A stretch of DNA of 63,987 bases, the filler included, from Octopus bimaculoides (taxonomy: Eukaryota): NCBI RefSeq assembly GCF_001194135.2. It is 5 parts of 5 records of this genome, joined end to end, with 100 filler letters (N's around TTAATTAATTAA, not from the genome) between each part and the next. Parts side by side here need not be neighbours in the genome. Positions count along the whole stretch, not along the records: positions 1 to 31,771 come from NC_068994.1; 4 more parts are not named here. The stretch is one strand, 5' to 3'. How positions within the stretch are numbered: the first letter of the stretch is position 1; every line of letters starts with the position of its first letter. The notes below the pieces were generated by a model. That model saw only the letters and a program-made list of their open reading frames with translations, had not been told where the DNA came from and searched no databases. Position numbers and translations under genes: made by a program. Below, piece after piece: positions 1 to 12,575 of the stretch.

Positions 1-359
1 ATATATTTATATATATATATGAATATTTGCGTGTGCTTTAGTCTTATGTTTCTGTGTGTGCTTATTGGTATGTGTACATCTATTTACACATTGTGTGTAG
101 GTGTACATGTCTGTATGTGTTTGTATACGTGTGCGTACGTGTCTGTGTGTGTTTGCCTGTCATATTTGTTATCAGTTTTTCTTTTTGTTTCAGTTTCAAA
201 TACTTTCCAGACTTTCTTCTTCTTTTTCTCTTTTTTTCTTTCTCTCTCCAACGTTGTTAGTTCAATTTACTTATTCACAATTAATTCTGTCGACATTTTG
301 TTTTCTTTATTTCATCTTAACTTGATGTATCTCTTTCAAAGTATTTCATTATTGTCTAC

Positions 360-390
360 TCGTCTCTTCCCCATCATCATCATCATCGTT

Positions 391-442
<52 letters not shown>

Positions 443-983
443 GCGTCTTCTTATTGTTACTCTTATTCTCCTCCTCTTCCTCCCTCTTCTACGACTTCTT
501 GTTTTTCATCATCATCCTCATCATCATCATATATCGTCATCCATCATCATTACCATTGTCATCGTGGCTGTTGCGTCATTGTCGTCGGCGGCCTTTCTTC
601 TCAGTCATCACCATCATCGTCGTCGTTGTTATCGTCATTCTTCATAATCATCACCATCATTACCCTCTTCATCATCATTGTCATCATCATGAACATTTTC
701 ATTATCATTATCGTTATCACCATCTTTATCCTTTATCTTAACCTTGTCGTCATCGTCATCATCATGATCATTATCATCATCATCCTCGTCAGCATCATCA
801 TCATCATCTTCATCATCATCAGCATCAGCATCAGCATCGTCATCATCATCATCATCATCATCATTATCATCATCATCATCATCATCAACATCAATATTTT
901 TTCATCATCATCACCATCAACAATTTTATCATCACCATCTCTATCATTTATATCGTCTTCATCATCATCATCAACATTTTGGT

Positions 984-1042
<59 letters not shown>

Positions 1043-1045
1043 TGC
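360..1045. repeat. Degenerate (ATC)n microsatellite field
   Basis: Long catcatcat runs with interruptions; these generate the poly-I/poly-H ORFs. Confidence 0.95.
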
Positions 1046-1429
1046 ATTCTTTTTGGTCTTGTCTTTCTCTCCTCTCTTCATTTGTGTAGAACAAAAACAT
1101 ATTTTAAGCTTTTATTTCAGCTCTTATTTTCAAAGCAATTTCCTTTCCTGAAAAGTGATAATTTTCTGAAATTAATAAAGATTGCATAATGAAACAAACA
1201 AGTAAATAGAAACACAATGCTAGACAAGAGTGATGGTATCAGTGTTTCAGGAGAAGGAGGGAGAGAGAATGAGAGGGAGAGAGAAAAGAGTAGGAGGAGA
1301 AATAGGAAGCGAGAGAAAAGTAAATGAGAGCGAAGTAGAGAAAAGAGTGAAAACAATAATAATTGTAACGGTAGCCATAGCAACATTACCATTATTCGCA
1401 TCACTATCATGATCTTCAGCGGCAGCTTC

Positions 1430-1925
1430 TTCAACAACAATGACAATAATAAAAGCACCAGCAGCAACAACATTAACTGCTGTTAAAAAAGGAATAACAT
1501 TCGACGACAATATCAGCAACAACAACAACAGTGATGCTTACAACACCAACATCATTATCATCAATATCATCATCATCTTCATAATCTACAACATCAACAT
1601 TAAGAGCAACAGCAGTAATATTAGCTGATGTGAAAACAGCAATATTAACGTCAACAACAATATCGATAAACACTACAGGGTTACCAACAGCAACAACGAC
1701 GACCACGGCGACGACAATAATTATTTGACCAGTGATAACAATAGCCACAAGGCCACTACCAACAAGGCATAAACAACATTAATGACATTAGAATCAACAA
1801 AGACACCAACAACAATAACAACAAAAGCCGCTTCGAAAACAACGCTAACATCATGAACTACAACAATGGCAAAAGCAACAAGGACGAGAACAACAGCCAC
1901 AGCAACAACGACAACAAATACTATT
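1430..1925. repeat. Degenerate (AAC/AAT)n low-complexity region
   Basis: Decayed aacaacaac/aataac runs. Confidence 0.85.
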
Positions 1926-1976
1926 AGCAGTTCCATCAATAATCGCAACATTGTGATTTAATATAGCCTATATAAC

Positions 1977-2190
1977 AAGGCGGCGAGCTGGCAGAAACGT
2001 TGGCACGCCGGGCGAAATGCTTAGCGGTATGTCGTCTGTCTTAATGCTCTGAGTTCAAATTCCGCCGAGGTCGACTTTGCCTTTCATTCATTTGGGGGTC
2101 GATAAATTAAGTACCAGTTGCGTGCTGGGGTCGATGCAATCAACTTATCCCCACCTTCCCCAAGCTACCCTGGTGGTAAAATTTTGAAAT
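1977..2190 (+). mobile_element. tRNA-derived SINE, family A
   Basis: A-box-like ggcgagctggcagaa, B-box-like gagttcaaattcc and core gtcgactttgcctttcat..ggggtcgataaattaagtacc; about 19 related copies or fragments in the window. Confidence 0.9.
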
Positions 2191-2218
2191 AATAATAATA
2201 ATTATTATTATTATTATT

Positions 2219-2435
2219 AAGGTCGTGAGCTGGCAGAATCGTTGGCACGCCGGGCGAAATGCTTAGCGGTATGGCGTCTGTCTTTACGCTCTGAGTTCAA
2301 ATTCCGCCGAGGTCGACTTTGCCTTTCATTCATTTGGGGATCGATAAATTAAGTACCAGTTTCGTGCTGGGGTCGATGTAATCAGCTTATCTCCACCTTC
2401 CCCAAAACTTTTGGGCGTTGGGCCGAGAGAAGAAA
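2219..2435 (+). mobile_element. SINE family A (tandem partner of 1977-2190)
   Basis: Same motifs; shares private variants with the upstream copy. Confidence 0.9.
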
Positions 2436-2728
2436 AGGATATAGCGTCAATAACAACACCGGCAGCAACAGTAGTACCTGTAGCTTGCTGAGAATATCAC
2501 TGTTGTTGCTTGTTCTTGTTCTTGCTTTTTATGTTTTTACTAGTTTCAGTCTGTGGGTAGTAGCCCTGCTGGAGCATTACTTTGAAGGGAATTTCTGTTG
2601 GTGATATCGATTTTTTGCATTTAGTCAGCTATATATTTTACCTGACATTTGCCGAAAGACTTGATCTCCTTGATGTAGAAAAAGAGGGCGATTCATTATT
2701 CAGATACCACACGTTTTGTTCGAAATTT

Positions 2729-3010
2729 CCGGGCGAAATGCTTAGGGGTATTTCATCTATCTTGACGTTCTGAGTTCAAATTCCGCCGAGGTTGACTTTG
2801 CCTTCCATCCTTTCAGGATCGATTAAATAAGTACCAATTACGCACTGGGGTCGATCTAATCGACTTAATCCCTTTGTCTGTCCTTGTTTGTCCCCTCTAT
2901 GTTTAGCTCTCAGTGGTCAATAAAGAAAATAATATACATTGGTGTCAGTTTGTTTCCGTCCCCGTAAATTAATAGTTCGACCAAAGAGATCGATAGAATT
3001 AGTACCAAAC
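2729..3010 (+). mobile_element. 5'-truncated SINE A followed by a SINE C fragment
   Basis: SINE A body to ~2930, then tttgtttccgtccccgtaaatt..gatagaattagtacc. Confidence 0.85.
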
Positions 3011-3035
3011 TAATATAGATAGATAGACAGACAGT

Positions 3036-3440
3036 AAGGCGGCGAGCTGGCAGAAACGTTAGCACGCCGGGCGAAATACTTAGCGGCATTTCGCCTGCCG
3101 CTACGTTCTGAGTTCAAATTGTGCCGAGGTTGACTTTGCCGTTCATCCTTTCAGGATCGATTAAATAAGTACCAGTTACACACTGGGGTCGATCTAAGCG
3201 ACTTAACCCCTTTGTCTGTCCTTGTTTGTCTCCTCTATGTTTAGCTCCCAGTGGTCAATAAAGAAAATAATATACATTGGTTTGTTTCCGTCCCCGTAAA
3301 TTAGTAGTTCGGCCCAAAGAGGTCGATAGAATTAGTAGTACCAAGCTTAAAACAAAATGAGTAATAGGGCCGATTTGATCGACCAAACACTTCAAGGCGG
3401 GGGCCTTCGCATAGCCGCAACCAAATGACTCACATAAGTA
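3036..3440 (+). mobile_element. SINE A followed by SINE C 3' part
   Basis: Full A head aaggcggcgagctggcagaaacg; C-type tail ending aagtaaaaga. Confidence 0.85.
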
Positions 3441-3499
3441 AAAGATAAAAAATAAGAGATATTTGAAGGTTTTGAATATGAAATTAAACTTAATAAGTA

Positions 3500-3869
3500 T
3501 TTCAACTTGGCGAGAAGGTCAAATTATTTTTTGAAATTCATGATAAAATGAAATTTTTTGTCTGGTTTATTATCTATCTGGTTACGTCTTGTTACGCCAT
3601 GCTCATATTTTTGGTTGATGTTTTTGAGCTATTGAATAAACGGAATCTTGGAGATGAAAGGGAGGAATACCAATATCATAAAAGTGTTCATTGATTCCTT
3701 GAAAGCCTCCTTGAGCAAACCGGAAAACTGGGGGAGGGGGGGGAGTAAGAGGAGAAGAAGAAGAAGAAGAAGAAGAAGAAGAAGAAGAAGAAGAAGAAGA
3801 AGAAGAAGAAGAAGAAGAAAAGGAAGAAGAAGAAGAATGAGGGGAAAGGGGAGGGATGGAGGGAGGGAG

Positions 3870-3931
<62 letters not shown>

Positions 3932-4445
3932 TTATGATGGATTATGATGATGATGATGATGGTGAGGAGGAGGACAAAAGCAAGCTGAAGATCAATATAA
4001 AAATTCTTGTAGTGGTTGAGGAATTTTCATCAATTCTCGTTGGTGGTGAAGACCGGGTGCTTAGAGAATTTTCTGAAAAGGCAATAATTTTGCAGCAACC
4101 AACCAATATGTGTCGGAAATTGGTGATGAGGTGTTCGATTTAGAACAAAGTCAATTTTGGGCAGAGTCCATTGAATTGTTAGTTGGAAAAAAAAAGTTCC
4201 TTATGATTGCCAGGATGAATTTATGGATCTGAAAGAAGATCTCGAAAGCAAGGTATAAGAAATCGGCCACAGAAGTGATGATGAGAAATCAATCAATCAC
4301 AGAATGTTGCTGACCCTTCATGTGCGATTCCAACGCATATGTTAAAGAAAGAGCTGTGCATACATTGATTGCTCATTTTTGTGTCAATGCAGCTTTATGA
4401 GACTGACTTTCAAACTATGAGCCAAATGAAAACGAAGAAAGAGAT
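3500..4445 (+). mobile_element. hAT (Buster/Charlie-like) transposase remnant
   Basis: EMKGRNTNIIKVFIDSLKASLSKPENW resembles the Buster motif LNxxLQGxNTNI; DEFMDLKED and AVHTLIAHFVSMQLYETDFQTMSQMKTKK resemble the hAT C-terminal dimerisation domain; stops and frameshifts present. Confidence 0.75.
3751..3975. repeat. (AAG)n and (GAT)n microsatellites inside the hAT remnant
   Basis: Direct reading. Confidence 0.95.
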
Positions 4446-4500
4446 CAAACGATGAAATAGATCAAACGATGAAAGAGATCAAACGATGAAAGAGATCAAA
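4437..4500. repeat. 17-bp tandem repeat (gaaagagatcaaacgat) x~4
   Basis: Direct reading. Confidence 0.9.
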
Positions 4501-4503
4501 ATG

Positions 4504-4668
4504 TGCAGGTATGGGCGTGCGTGAGTTAAGAAGTTCACTTTGCGACCACGTAGTGTCGGGTTCAGTCCGACTGCGGCACCTTGGGCAAGTGTCTTTTACT
4601 ATAACCACGGGCCGACAAATGCCTTGTGACTGAATTTGATAGACGAAATCTGAGTAGAAACCCTTCGT
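4504..4668 (+). mobile_element. SINE family C, 5' half
   Basis: gggttcagtcc..gcaccttgggcaagtgtctt..gggccgac, then the internal (TA)n running into a gap. Confidence 0.85.
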
Positions 4669-5679
4669 ATATATATATATATATATATATNNNNNNNNNN
4701 NNNNNNNNNNNNNNNNNNNNNNNNNNNNNNNNNNNNNNNNNNNNNNNNNNNNNNNNNNNNNNNNNNNNNNNNNNNNNNNNNNNNNNNNNNNNNNNNNNNN
4801 NNNNNNNNNNNNNNNNNNNNNNNNNNNNNNNNNNNNNNNNNNNNNNNNNNNNNNNNNNNNNNNNNNNNNNNNNNNNNNNNNNNNNNNNNNNNNNNNNNNN
4901 NNNNNNNNNNNNNNNNNNNNNNNNNNNNNNNNNNNNNNNNNNNNNNNNNNNNNNNNNNNNNNNNNNNNNNNNNNNNNNNNNNNNNNNNNNNNNNNNNNNN
5001 NNNNNNNNNNNNNNNNNNNNNNNNNNNNNNNNNNNNNNNNNNNNNNNNNNNNNNNNNNNNNNNNNNNNNNNNNNNNNNNNNNNNNNNNNNNNNNNNNNNN
5101 NNNNNNNNNNNNNNNNNNNNNNNNNNNNNNNNNNNNNNNNNNNNNNNNNNNNNNNNNNNNNNNNNNNNNNNNNNNNNNNNNNNNNNNNNNNNNNNNNNNN
5201 NNNNNNNNNNNNNNNNNNNNNNNNNNNNNNNNNNNNNNNNNNNNNNNNNNNNNNNNNNNNNNNNNNNNNNNNNNNNNNNNNNNNNNNNNNNNNNNNNNNN
5301 NNNNNNNNNNNNNNNNNNNNNNNNNNNNNNNNNNNNNNNNNNNNNNNNNNNNNNNNNNNNNNNNNNNNNNNNNNNNNNNNNNNNNNNNNNNNNNNNNNNN
5401 NNNNNNNNNNNNNNNNNNNNNNNNNNNNNNNNNNNNNNNNNNNNNNNNNNNNNNNNNNNNNNNNNNNNNNNNNNNNNNNNNNNNNNNNNNNNNNNNNNNN
5501 NNNNNNNNNNNNNNNNNNNNNNNNNNNNNNNNNNNNNNNNNNNNNNNNNNNNNNNNNNNNNNNNNNNNNNNNNNNNNNNNNNNNNNNNNNNNNNNNNNNN
5601 NNNNNNNNNNNNNNNNNNNNNNNNNNNNNNNNNNNNNNNNNNNNNNNNNNNNNNNNNNNNNNNNNNNNNNNNNNNNNAT

Positions 5680-6255
5680 ATATGTCTTGCAGACCAACTG
5701 AGATCAATTTTAAGCAGTTGTCTTAGTGAGTTTAACATTTCGTTTTTTAACAAAGCCTTGCTTGCTTGAAAATCTCATCTTGTTCCTTATCATTCACGTT
5801 AATAGCGAACTGATTCGACAACAGAAAATCATAGAACAACAGAATCGTTCCACCACTGTTTTGGTGCGCGCCGAGTACACTGCTAACGAAAGTGTTAAGC
5901 TGACGAAACTTCCGAAAGCAACAACTTATGAACAATTTATGAACAATTTCAAGGAGGGAGAAAAATTATTAAAAAAGACTCGATGTGATTCCAAATGCAA
6001 TCCAGTTTCCCACTGGCCTCAAATGCTCCGATTGAAGCCAACTCATCTACATCCATGACAACTCTTGCAAAGAAATGCAATGTGTCCCTTTCCACGGTGT
6101 CCAGATCTGTGAAAAGGCGCTTTGGTATGATTAGCTATTTTCACCTCCTGACGGCCAAGGCCAAAGCAATTAGAACCAAAAGATGCTCAAAGCTTCTGTC
6201 ATTCATCAAACATCAAGGAGCAGGAAAAACTCTCATGTTTGTGGACGAGAAGTCA
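5680..6255 (+). mobile_element. Tc1/mariner-superfamily transposase N-terminal remnant (maT/DD37D-like)
   Basis: EQQNRSTTVLVRAEYTANESVKLTKLPKAT (HTH), SMTTLAKKCNVSLSTVSRSVK (second HTH) and KTLMFVDEK (first catalytic D); frameshifted. Confidence 0.7.
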
Positions 6256-6617
6256 AGCGGGTCCTCGTAAACTGAAGTATTACTGTATTTCCTTTGTATC
6301 ACACCCAGGAATTCGTTAATACATGTTGGGTTGGTTTTCTTTTAATTTTTGTTTCTTATTTGTTATCTTCCCAAATATTTGCGTCAGAATTGTATAACGA
6401 AAGTTGTGTTACTATTTCTAACAAGGAAGAGTGAACACATAACTTTCCTTCATTTCTTTTAAATGATATATGATTTAGCGACATGTAATACATTTGACGT
6501 ATGACCTGTGGTCCAAAGTGAGATTTGTAATTCCATAAATAATCGTTATGGCTATTTATGGTTCTTGTAAATTCTTACAAAAGACGCTAAAATTACCAGA
6601 ATAGATAGCAGGAAATA

Positions 6618-6735
<118 letters not shown>

Positions 6736-7399
6736 AGATTCAGATGAATAAGGCACTTAAATGGTAAGGCACAGTGTCGGATCAAAATTAAAATGCATAC
6801 ACAGCAACTATAGACGAATACAAACGTTGGTACTGTAGTACAGGCAGAAAGATATTCAAGTTACGTATACAATTCATTGAACCAGAGTATATTATCAGCC
6901 CTTGAGTTAATCCAGAAACGCACATTGTATGAAATATACGGTTCATAATATACTTTGGAACAACGAGGACCAGGGTCCGAAATATATATATATATATATA
7001 TATATGTGAGTGTGTATGACCACTAGCTAACACACCTCTTTCTTCACTTGTTTATTGTCTCTCTCGCCAACCCCTTTTTTTTCTCTTCCTGTTTTTGATT
7101 TGACCTTACAAACACATTCCCAATTTTTGAGTCACTCCAAAAAAAACCCTCGTTCGAATAACACCTTTTACAAAACTCTGTGCTTCGAATGACCAAATAT
7201 AAACACCATAGGAACTCACACACAAGGTACAGGTAACTTACATATACACCATTCTGCTTAAATAATGGAACTACAAATACAATATCCCTACGTAATCAAT
7301 TCTATTTTCATTCCTTCACTTCCCTCTGTATTTCATATCTTCTCTACAATAATTATTACTTAAACATTTTCCGCAGGTTTTGCATAAAAATGTAAAAGT

Positions 7400-7623
7400 T
7401 AACTTCTCGAGTCATACTACCTGGTTTCATGGCGTATATGTTCCCCACCTGTACGGGACGCCGCTCCGTCGCAAGATTACTCATTTTGCTAGCTGAGTGG
7501 ATTGGTGCAACGTGAAATTAATTGTTTGCTCAAGAGCAAAACGTGTCGCCCAGTCCATGAATCGGAACCACAATCTTACGATCGAGAGTCCAACCCGCTA
7601 ACCACTAAGCTATGCTCCTCCAC
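7400..7623 (-). mobile_element. tRNA-derived SINE, family F
   Basis: Minus strand: gcatagcttagtggttagcggg..ggttccgattc head, then tcttgagcaa..ccactcagctagcaaaatgagta core. Confidence 0.75.
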
Positions 7624-7779
7624 GGTTTTACGTAAGAGTATAATTCTCCTCGGAAGAAGATGTGAGAACAGTTAAGGAACCCTCACTCCTAATGATTTTA
7701 CTGCCCGCCCTGACACTAACCAAGGGTATTTCTGCCTCCCTATGCTCAGATGGATTGCCATCACATATGTTAGCTAAAC

Positions 7780-7930
7780 CATAGCTGGAATCCTGCCAGG
7801 TGCTACTACTCCGGGGTCAGAGTATAACTGGGAACAATATTGGCTAAGAGGTGATTCGACACTCCTCAAATCTCAGGAACTCCTGTACTAGAACCTCACA
7901 ACTGGATGCAGTTTAAAATCATACACGGGA
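7780..7930 (+). repeat. Decayed interspersed repeat (probable retroposon 3' end)
   Basis: aggtgctactactccggggtcagag..actggatgcagtttaaaatcatacacggga resembles a common octopus repeat from memory; single copy in this window. Confidence 0.4.
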
Positions 7931-8200
7931 CATATATAAATATGTATGTGTGAGCGTGAATGCATGCATGCATGTATGTATGTAATGCATTACGTTTGTA
8001 TATGTGTAAGTATGCGAATATTTATCAGATATTCACGGTTGTTAGCTTCAGAACATATATGGAAAAATACGCGCATACATGTAAGTATACAAACATTCAC
8101 ATATATCCATAGATGCAAGTACATCTGTGATACAAACACACATACAAGCGTACATACATTCATAGACACAGACTTTCTCACACACACAAACACACATACA

Positions 8201-8280
<80 letters not shown>

Positions 8281-8287
8281 CACGCAC

Positions 8288-8324
<37 letters not shown>

Positions 8325-8818
8325 CGTGCATACATACTTTCATATGTTCGTACTCACACGCATACGTATACAAATATAACATATATCCAAAGCGACATAT
8401 TTTTCACTCAAGACATTAATAACACACCAGCTTCCAGCTATATTCTTAGCTTCAAGGCAACACTTCTACATTCGATGAAAGAGAAAGAAAGACAATGTTT
8501 TTTTCTCACAGACTACGCAAACGGTTTTCCTTTTAAATGCGATCGTCTAAATTCGCTTGATCATTAATTTAGGACGAAACACGCCACTTCAATATGAAAT
8601 GCCGTACAAGAATTTTAAGATGGATAAATCTTATAGCACTTAATAAAGATTGTCATCAACATAAACACACGCATATTGCAAACATGTACAAACACTTCGC
8701 ACATATTCACAAATACATATGCATAGGCAGGTAGAGAAAGAGAGGGGTGGGGTTCTTTCACAATGCACTAAAACGAACTAACGTGTAAAAATAGAAATAT
8801 TAAGGTATTGTAGCCGTT

Positions 8819-8990
8819 GGCGCAGGCGTGACTGCCTGGTAAGAACTTTGCTTCCCAATCACATGGTTCCGGCTTCAGTCCCAATGCGTCATATATTGGG
8901 CAATTGTCTTCTACTAGAGCTCCGGGCCGACTAAAACCTTAACCTTTTGAGAGGATTTGTTAAACAAAAACTGAATGAAGCCCATTGTTA
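8819..8990 (+). mobile_element. SINE family C, 5' half
   Basis: ggcgcaggcgtgactgcctggtaag..cttcagtcccaatgcg..gggcaattgtcttctacta. Confidence 0.85.
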
Positions 8991-9699
8991 AAACTTTCCT
9001 CGTGACGTCTTCTTTTTTGCCTATTCTGAAATTTTAATAACTTGATGCGTACTGCCAGCTGTCATAACCATATATATATATATATATATATATANNNNNN
9101 NNNNNNNNNNNNNNNNNNNNNNNNNNNNNNNNNNNNNNNNNNNNNNNNNNNNNNNNNNNNNNNNNNNNNNNNNNNNNNNNNNNNNNNNNNNNNNNNNNNN
9201 NNNNNNNNNNNNNNNNNNNNNNNNNNNNNNNNNNNNNNNNNNNNNNNNNNNNNNNNNNNNNNNNNNNNNNNNNNNNNNNNNNNNNNNNNNNNNNNNNNNN
9301 NNNNNNNNNNNNNNNNNNNNNNNNNNNNNNNNNNNNNNNNNNNNNNNNNNNNNNNNNNNNNNNNNNNNNNNNNNNNNNNNNNNNNNNNNNNNNNNNNNNN
9401 NNNNNNNNNNNNNNNNNNNNNNNNNNNNNNNNNNNNNNNNNNNNNNNNNNNNNNNNNNNNNNNNNNNNNNNNNNNNNNNNNNNNNNNNNNNNNNNNNNNN
9501 NNNNNNNNNNNNNNNNNNNNNNNNNNNNNNNNNNNNNNNNNNNNNNNNNNNNNNNNNNNNNNNNNNNNNNNNNNNNNNNNNNNNNNNNNNNNNNNNNNNN
9601 NNNNNNNNNNNNNNNNNNNNNNNNNNNNNNNNNNNNNNNNNNNNNNNNNGTATGAGTATATAGTAAACGACTTTTAAAGCTGACACTCGAAGTAGACAA

Positions 9700-9835
9700 A
9701 ATGCCCTGTTGTTCATATTGAACATCCAATGAAGGAGTCTTGGATCTAGGTTAGAAACCGCCACTTTCTCTATTGGTAAGAAATCTTGGAATAAAACTGA
9801 ATAATAACATACATACATACATAGACACATACATA
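9700..9835 (+). mobile_element. Probable LINE 3' end with (CATA)n tail
   Basis: ttggcaag-like terminal segment followed by aataaaactgaataataacatacatacat. Confidence 0.4.
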
Positions 9836-10282
9836 CTACTGATATATTTAAAATCTTTTACTTTCATCATGTCTTAGGATATTTTTTCTATATTCTCTAC
9901 TTGTACAGAATCGAGATTCTCACACCAACCCATAACAATGCAACTTTGTCTGAAATTAAAACAATTTTTACAGCTAAAAAAAAAACAACCTAGACCTTTT
10001 TTCAAACATTCCATAACATGCTTATGATCATCGACCAACATACGAAAAATCTCATTATCATCATGAAATGGATAGACATGATAAAAAAATGTTTTTCCTA
10101 GTTTACATTTAGACTACTTATGATATGAATTAGAAGTTTTTAAGTATTACTGAATACTTTTGCGAAATAAAAAAACTCAAAGGTAGGAAATATTGATATC
10201 TCCGAGTAGACACATTAATGTGAAAAAAAGCTAGAAGCATGTACCATGAATACAAGTAATGTTTTGCAAATATTGTAAAGGT

Positions 10283-10332
<50 letters not shown>

Positions 10333-10335
10333 TCT

Positions 10336-10530
10336 TTTATCTTTTAGATATTTCAGTCATGAGACTACGGCCATACTGGAGCACCACATTGAATAATTTG
10401 TAGTCGAATGAATTGACCCCGGTACTTCTTTTTTTTAAAGCCTGATACTTGTTCCCCCAGGGGTCTTTTGCCGAAATACTCACTTACGGCGGTGGTGGGC
10501 AAACACAGATAAGAAGATACAGACACATAC
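10336..10530 (-). mobile_element. SINE family C, 3' half
   Basis: tttcagtcat..cggccatactggagcacc tail in reverse orientation. Confidence 0.75.
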
Positions 10531-11680
10531 ATGTATATATATTATATTTTGCATATATATNNNNNNNNNNNNNNNNNNNNNNNNNNNNNNNNNNNNNNNN
10601 NNNNNNNNNNNNNNNNNNNNNNNNNNNNNNNNNNNNNNNNNNNNNNNNNNNNNNNNNNNNNNNNNNNNNNNNNNNNNNNNNNNNNNNNNNNNNNNNNNNN
10701 NNNNNNNNNNNNNNNNNNNNNNNNNNNNNNNNNNNNNNNNNNNNNNNNNNNNNNNNNNNNNNNNNNNNNNNNNNNNNNNNNNNNNNNNNNNNNNNNNNNN
10801 NNNNNNNNNNNNNNNNNNNNNNNNNNNNNNNNNNNNNNNNNNNNNNNNNNNNNNNNNNNNNNNNNNNNNNNNNNNNNNNNNNNNNNNNNNNNNNNNNNNN
10901 NNNNNNNNNNNNNNNNNNNNNNNNNNNNNNNNNNNNNNNNNNNNNNNNNNNNNNNNNNNNNNNNNNNNNNNNNNNNNNNNNNNNNNNNNNNNNNNNNNNN
11001 NNNNNNNNNNNNNNNNNNNNNNNNNNNNNNNNNNNNNNNNNNNNNNNNNNNNNNNNNNNNNNNNNNNNNNNNNNNNNNNNNNNNNNNNNNNNNNNNNNNN
11101 NNNNNNNNNNNNNNNNNNNNNNNNNNNNNNNNNNNNNNNNNNNNNNNNNNNNNNNNNNNNNNNNNNNNNNNNNNNNNNNNNNNNNNNNNNNNNNNNNNNN
11201 NNNNNNNNNNNNNNNNNNNNNNNNNNNNNNNNNNNNNNNNNNNNNNNNNNNNNNNNNNNNNNNNNNNNNNNNNNNNNNNNNNNNNNNNNNNNNNNNNNNN
11301 NNNNNNNNNNNNNNNNNNNNNNNNNNNNNNNNNNNNNNNNNNNNNNNNNNNNNNNNNNNNNNNNNNNNNNNNNNNNNNNNNNNNNNNNNNNNNNNNNNNN
11401 NNNNNNNNNNNNNNNNNNNNNNNNNNNNNNNNNNNNNNNNNNNNNNNNNNNNNNNNNNNNNNNNNNNNNNNNNNNNNNNNNNNNNNNNNNNNNNNNNNNN
11501 NNNNNNNNNNNNNNNNNNNNNNNNNNNNNNNNNNNNNNNNNNNNNNNNNNNNNNNNNNATATATATATACGCATACACACACACACACACGCACACGCAC
11601 ACATACACATACATACATTCGCCATGTTGGGCCGCTGAAATCTACTTTTTTTATTCTCTCTCTGTTTATTTTTTCTTATT

Positions 11681-11717
11681 CTTTTCTGTTGAAGAGCGTA
11701 GGCTCGAAACGTAAAAG
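11681..11717 (+). ncRNA. Minimal type I hammerhead-like motif (variant core)
   Basis: ctttt-CTGTTGA-a-GAGC-gtag-GCTC-GAAA-C-GTA-aaag; core position A6 reads U. Confidence 0.5.
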
Positions 11718-11818
11718 ACTTTTTTCATTTTTCCTGAGCGTCAAACTAATACACTTGTTTCTTGTTCATACACCTGTCTTCATCATTTGTTTTTCTATAA
11801 GTTTCAACTGTATATATA

Positions 11819-11995
11819 GGCGCAAGAGCAGCTGTGTTGTAAGTAGCTTGCTTACCAACCACATGGTTCAGGGTTCAGTCCCACTGCGTGGCACCTTGAG
11901 CAAGTGTCTTCTGCTATAACCTCGTGTCGACTAAAGACTCGTGAGTGGATTTGGTAGACGAAAACCGAAATAATCCCGTCGTATATATACATATG

Positions 11996-12028
<33 letters not shown>

Positions 12029-12030
12029 TC
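11819..12030 (+). mobile_element. SINE family C, 5' half
   Basis: Near-consensus head and core followed by the internal microsatellite. Confidence 0.9.
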
Positions 12031-12040
12031 CTGTAGCCCA

Positions 12041-12505
12041 TCTTGGTATAAAAGATGGGCTACAGCAAATATTCTGCTTAATACCACAGATTTGCTTGAC
12101 CTTAACCAGTTGAGCATGTCCCTTGGAGGCTGACGATATGTGCATCTCTGATCACGAGCAGAAGTAGTGGGGAGTATCATAGCTGTGTGTTGAGAGGAAT
12201 TCTTTGGGGTTTGAATAATTCACCTTTGGAAACATGGATGTTTTGCTCAACATCCTTAAACAAACCTTATTCGGGGACCTTTTGAGTGGGATGGGCTACT
12301 CGACCTGAAGAAAATTTTAACTGCCCCCCCCCCCTGCGAGGTCATGCGCTGTTTATCTTGATATGAGATCACCATGTCACGCACATATGGTTGTGATGCA
12401 TGTGCCTGGTGTACCCTTATCAGATGGGTAGTCATGATGGGTATAATGGGCTTCGTATATTTTTACCCCAGTGTCACTTTGATCGCATGCACTGCTCTCT
12501 CACTC

Positions 12506-12556
<51 letters not shown>

Positions 12557-12575
12557 CATAATAATAATAATAATA
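12041..12575 (+). mobile_element. Retroposon family D with (TAA)n tail
   Basis: ~470-bp element ending gcactgctctctcactc(aat)n; second copy inverted at 17228-17570. Confidence 0.8.

Noticed and set aside
19-1951. Long ORFs rich in I, H, V, S or L (also at 30-31, 39-41 and 52 kb)
   Set aside because: Translations of microsatellites; no coding signal.
2630-2728. Possible minus-strand exon ending at CAG|GTAAAA
   Set aside because: No acceptor before the adjacent SINE and no recognisable protein.
8535-8585. Hairpin followed by ggacGAAAC, hammerhead-like
   Set aside because: No recognisable CUGANGA core or stem I.
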